Source: an uncultured Candidatus Poseidoniales archaeon
GTDB taxonomy: Archaea > Thermoplasmatota > Poseidoniia > Poseidoniales > Thalassarchaeaceae
Direction: 5' to 3'
Length of the DNA: 64,000 nt
Assembly (NCBI GenBank): GCA_964386765.1
Contig: CAYLUC010000001.1
Coordinates: 4,972-68,971, forward strand
Below the pieces are notes generated by a model that was not told the DNA's origin, ran no database searches, and saw only the letters and a program-made list of their open reading frames with translations. Positions 60,681-64,000 of this stretch are shown piece by piece. The position numbers were made by a program, and so were the translations under genes. Position 1 is the first letter of the stretch. Each line of letters starts with the position of its first letter.

Positions 60681-61169
60681 GTGAATGCTGAGTCCGCGGC
60701 CCTTGGCATTGCGGGGGTTATGACGGCCGCCTTTCTTGTATTGCTCATGGTTCCTTCCGGGGACACTCCCGAGTTAGAGGAGTGGGAGATAACGAGTGTT
60801 TGCATAGATGAACACAATCCAAAACTAACCCACACTCATGCCAACCTGAGCATAGAGATAGACGGCGAGAAGTACCATGTGGGCCCGAATGTGGGCATTT
60901 CGGACTCGATGTGCGATGGAATGAGGGGAATCCACACTCACGATGACACAGGCACACTCCACATAGAGACCCCGAGTCCCATGGATGCACCTATAGGCGC
61001 ATTTTTCGAGATTTGGGGCAAAGAGTTCAGTGAGAGTCAAATTATCGACAGCATCGTTGACGAGAACAGTGAGATAGTCATGTACGTCAATGGAGAGTCT
61101 TCCGATCAATTCGCCAGTTACTCGATGCAAGATGGTGATGTCATAGAAATAGTGTATAGGGACAAGTGA
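60681..61169 (+). CDS. Membrane-anchored hypothetical protein with His motifs (HxH, HTHD...HIE)
   Basis: N-terminal TM; HTHANL, GIHTHDDTGTLHIE, FFEIWG, YVNG, DGDVIEI. Confidence 0.75.
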   Translation: MNAESAALGIAGVMTAAFLVLLMVPSGDTPELEEWEITSVCIDEHNPKLTHTHANLSIEIDGEKYHVGPNVGISDSMCDGMRGIHTHDDTGTLHIETPSPMDAPIGAFFEIWGKEFSESQIIDSIVDENSEIVMYVNGESSDQFASYSMQDGDVIEIVYRDK

Positions 61170-62642
61170 CTATCCCTTAATCACAGCAAACGGCCTCAAC
61201 CTAGCAACCGGCCTAGCTAGGCCCGCCTTAGCTGTCAGGCCGATGACGTCATCAACATCCTTGTATGCCTCGGGAGCCTCTTCTGAAAGGACGTTCGGAG
61301 TCTTTGCATGGACGTGAACTCCACTATCTTCGAGCCTCCTCAGTAGATCCGCTGAGTCAATTTGCTTCCTGGCAGCGGTTCTCGACATCCTCCTCCCAGC
61401 ACCATGGCACGAGGAAGAAAAGGCCGAGTTGGTACCGCTCCTCGGTCCAGCCAAGACCCAGGATGCAGTCCCCATGTCCCCGGGGACTAGTACTGGCTGG
61501 CCGATACCGGAGAAACGCGAGGCGAGCTCAGGATGATCTCCCCCCAAGGCCCTAGTGGCCCCCTTTCTGTGGACGCAGCAAGTGCATGATTTGCCATGCA
61601 CCGAATGATCCTCTATCTTCGCTATATTGTGACTAACGTCGTAGACCACGTCAAGATCGCCATCCCTCCCAAATTTCCCTCGTAATACTTCCCTGAGTTT
61701 ATGCGTAAGTGCCGACCTGTTTGCAAATGCAAAGTTCCCCGCAGCGCTCATCGCATCTAGGTATGCGGCTCCTTCCCGACTATGTATCGGCGCTGCTGCT
61801 AATTGTCTGTCGGGTAGGGAAATGCCCCATTCGCTAGAGTGCCAGCTGTTCCCTTGCTGTTTGTACTTCGACTCAATAATGGCAACATGCTCGGAACAAA
61901 CCTGATGCCCGAGTCCACGAGATCCCGTATGAATCATGGCAGTAACAAGCCCCTCGCGTAAGCCGAAGGCCGAGGCAGCCCTCTGATCGACTATCCTGTC
62001 GACAACCTGCAACTCAAGAAAATGATTCCCCGACCCCAGTGTTCCAAGTGACTTGGAACCCCTCTTCCGCGCCCTTCCCCCGACATCTCGCTCTTCGCTA
62101 TCAAGAACACCGTTGGATTCTATCGCCGCAAGATCTTCAGACTCACCTAGGCCCATTTCAACAGCAGCAGAGGCCCCTGAGCAAAGGATCGAATCCATTT
62201 CCCCTGGAGAAAGAATGACCCCTCCCTTGCTTGTGGCCCCCGATGGGACGCAAGCGGATAGTTCCGCGGCAAGTAACTTCGGCTCTATTTCTTGGAGGGT
62301 TAGGTCTGTCGAGCAAAGACGTACTCCACAGTTTATGTCAAAACCGACCCCTCCCGGGGAAATCGAACCACCATTTTCCCCGAAGTCAATATCTGTGGCG
62401 ACAACGCCGCCTATTGGGAAACCATATCCAAAATGCCAGTCGGCCATGGCCCAGGCTTCCCCAACAATCCCTGGCATCGAGGCGGTGTTGACGAGTTGCG
62501 AGGGCGATCTATCATCGACCCCCTCACCAATATCCGACTCGTCTGCCACCAATATAGCGTCCGTAAGCATACCCCCATGCTTCCGAATACGCATTCTTCC
62601 GGGGCCATCTTCCTCGATGTGCTCCCTCCAAGTGGAATCCAT
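61170..62642 (-). CDS. rtcB: RNA-splicing ligase RtcB
   Basis: DWHFGYGFPIG, GFDINCG, GNHFLE, HTGSRG, SHN, HRKGAT, HGAGR, EEAPEAYK. Confidence 0.96.
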   Translation of the reverse strand: MDSTWREHIEEDGPGRMRIRKHGGMLTDAILVADESDIGEGVDDRSPSQLVNTASMPGIVGEAWAMADWHFGYGFPIGGVVATDIDFGENGGSISPGGVGFDINCGVRLCSTDLTLQEIEPKLLAAELSACVPSGATSKGGVILSPGEMDSILCSGASAAVEMGLGESEDLAAIESNGVLDSEERDVGGRARKRGSKSLGTLGSGNHFLELQVVDRIVDQRAASAFGLREGLVTAMIHTGSRGLGHQVCSEHVAIIESKYKQQGNSWHSSEWGISLPDRQLAAAPIHSREGAAYLDAMSAAGNFAFANRSALTHKLREVLRGKFGRDGDLDVVYDVSHNIAKIEDHSVHGKSCTCCVHRKGATRALGGDHPELASRFSGIGQPVLVPGDMGTASWVLAGPRSGTNSAFSSSCHGAGRRMSRTAARKQIDSADLLRRLEDSGVHVHAKTPNVLSEEAPEAYKDVDDVIGLTAKAGLARPVARLRPFAVIKG

Positions 62643-62741
62643 GGCACCTCCTGACTATCTCCGGCTTTCAACGCGACGCACGTCTGACGACAATCGAATT
62701 CAAGTCGAACCCTACAATGCGGAAACGAGGAGCGACACACG

Positions 62742-64000
62742 GTGACCTTTGGAGATATCGAGATTCCCTTCTGGAAAGAGTCCGGTCACCTTCTGCGTAA
62801 ATGCAGAGTTTCCGGACTCAGGTTCTGGACCAGGGATGGGGAAAGGGAAACCTGCGGTGACACCTCGGATGACCCCTACACATTCATCGGAAATCCAATC
62901 ATCGAGGGTTTTGAGTCTAGGGGGAAGAGGCTCAAGGACGAGATGAGGGAGGTCTTCCTGTCTTTCTTCGAGAATAGAGAACACTCCAGAATTGACCCTT
63001 ATCCGGTAATCGCAAGGTGGAGGGACGACATTCACCTAACTATAGCAAGTATAGCCGATTTTCAACCCCATGTAACCAGTGGCCAAGTCCCGCCTCCTGA
63101 GAATCCACTAACAATCAGCCAGCCATGCATTAGACTAACTGATGTGGCTGCCGTAGGGCGTTCCGGAAGGCACCTCTCCACGTTTGAGATGATGGCTCAC
63201 CACGCATTCAACAGGCCAAAAGAGGGGGATGTGATATACTGGATAGATCAGTGTGTAAGATTCTGTGATGAATTATTGGTCGAGACACTCGGAATCGATC
63301 CAATTTCGATTACATATGTCGAGAACCCTTGGTCAGGAGGGGGTAATGCGGGTCCAGCCCTAGAAGTGATAGTTGGCGGTTTGGAGTTGGCGACTTTAGT
63401 TTTCATGAGTCTGGAGGAAGACGACTCCGGGGAAATCGAAATCAAAGGTCAGAGATATAGCGAAATGGATTTACAAATTATTGACACAGGCTATGGCCTT
63501 GAGAGATTCTGCTGGGCAGCCGCTGGAACGCCAACGATATATGAGGCAATATACCCAGAATCTGTAAATTGGTTGAAAAAACTATCCGGATTTGGGAATA
63601 TCCTATCATCTATGGAAATTGATGTCAACATGGACTCCTTGCTAGGGGAGCTATCGAGACTAGCCGGGATACTGAATATCGATGTGGGGACGGACGCAGA
63701 GGAATTGTACGTCAACCTCTCTAGTAGACTCTCAGAAAGCGGGATTACAGTAACCGTGGAGGAGCTGAAGGGGGTTACCGAGCCCCTCTCGTCGATATAT
63801 GCCATTCCTGATCACATGCATGCAATTTGCAATATGCTTGGAGATGGATTGGTGCCAAGTAACTCAAAGGCAGGTTACCTATCAAGAATGCTGGCCAGGA
63901 GGGTGTGCAGGATGAAGGACTCACTTTCAATCCAAGTCAGCCTGCCCGAACTCGCAGCGCACCACATGGACTGCAACATGGACATGTCTTCCTTCGCACA
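62742..64000 (+). CDS. alaS: Alanine--tRNA ligase, archaeal type (5' part, runs off window)
   Basis: Not in ORF track. GTG 62742 after GAGGAG gives ...RKCRVSGLRFWT...TCGD...PYTFIGNP, then RWRDDIHLTIASIADFQP, GRHLSTFEMMAHHAFN, WSGGGNAGP, DTGYGLER. Confidence 0.95.
   Translation, partial: MTFGDIEIPFWKESGHLLRKCRVSGLRFWTRDGERETCGDTSDDPYTFIGNPIIEGFESRGKRLKDEMREVFLSFFENREHSRIDPYPVIARWRDDIHLTIASIADFQPHVTSGQVPPPENPLTISQPCIRLTDVAAVGRSGRHLSTFEMMAHHAFNRPKEGDVIYWIDQCVRFCDELLVETLGIDPISITYVENPWSGGGNAGPALEVIVGGLELATLVFMSLEEDDSGEIEIKGQRYSEMDLQIIDTGYGLERFCWAAAGTPTIYEAIYPESVNWLKKLSGFGNILSSMEIDVNMDSLLGELSRLAGILNIDVGTDAEELYVNLSSRLSESGITVTVEELKGVTEPLSSIYAIPDHMHAICNMLGDGLVPSNSKAGYLSRMLARRVCRMKDSLSIQVSLPELAAHHMDCNMDMSSFA

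Noticed and set aside
61170-62642. RtcB as part of a special RNA-repair/defence system or intein host
   Set aside because: Canonical length and motifs, no insertion, and no archease, Ro or nuclease neighbours; ordinary housekeeping ligase
1-64000. CRISPR arrays, cas genes, transposases, integrases, proviral genes
   Set aside because: No regularly spaced nucleotide repeats or recognisable motifs were seen; nearly all sequence is explained by cellular genes

Overview
This is a gene-dense archaeal chromosome segment with no CRISPR, IS or provirus. Its gene content (aRF1, Rpo7/Spt4, eS24/eS27ae, archaeal AlaRS, DtdA, RtcB, XPD, bacterial-like BCKDH/LipAB and FolB, very large acidic surface proteins) best fits a Marine Group II euryarchaeon (Ca. 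Poseidoniales). That taxonomy is inferred from gene content, not from a search. The window holds housekeeping clusters, amino-acid catabolism genes (BCKDH operon, GDH, proline dehydrogenase, M28 and S8 peptidases), three intron-less tRNAs (Leu-TAA, Ser-GGA, Thr-GGT) and four giant membrane-anchored surface proteins covering about 39% of the window. The most unusual signals are: (1) a polar amino-acid ABC system whose binding protein looks circularly permuted and whose permease carries an N-terminal Asp-box beta-propeller; (2) a long nested stem-loop leader upstream of the rpoE1-spt4-rps24e-rps27ae operon; (3) a SAP-domain/TM/M28 peptidase fusion; (4) a 2984-aa transglutaminase-like protein with a remodelled catalytic triad; (5) a tandem-RHH regulator with a triple phased operator. 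All domain calls come from motif recognition by eye, and several start codons were re-picked.
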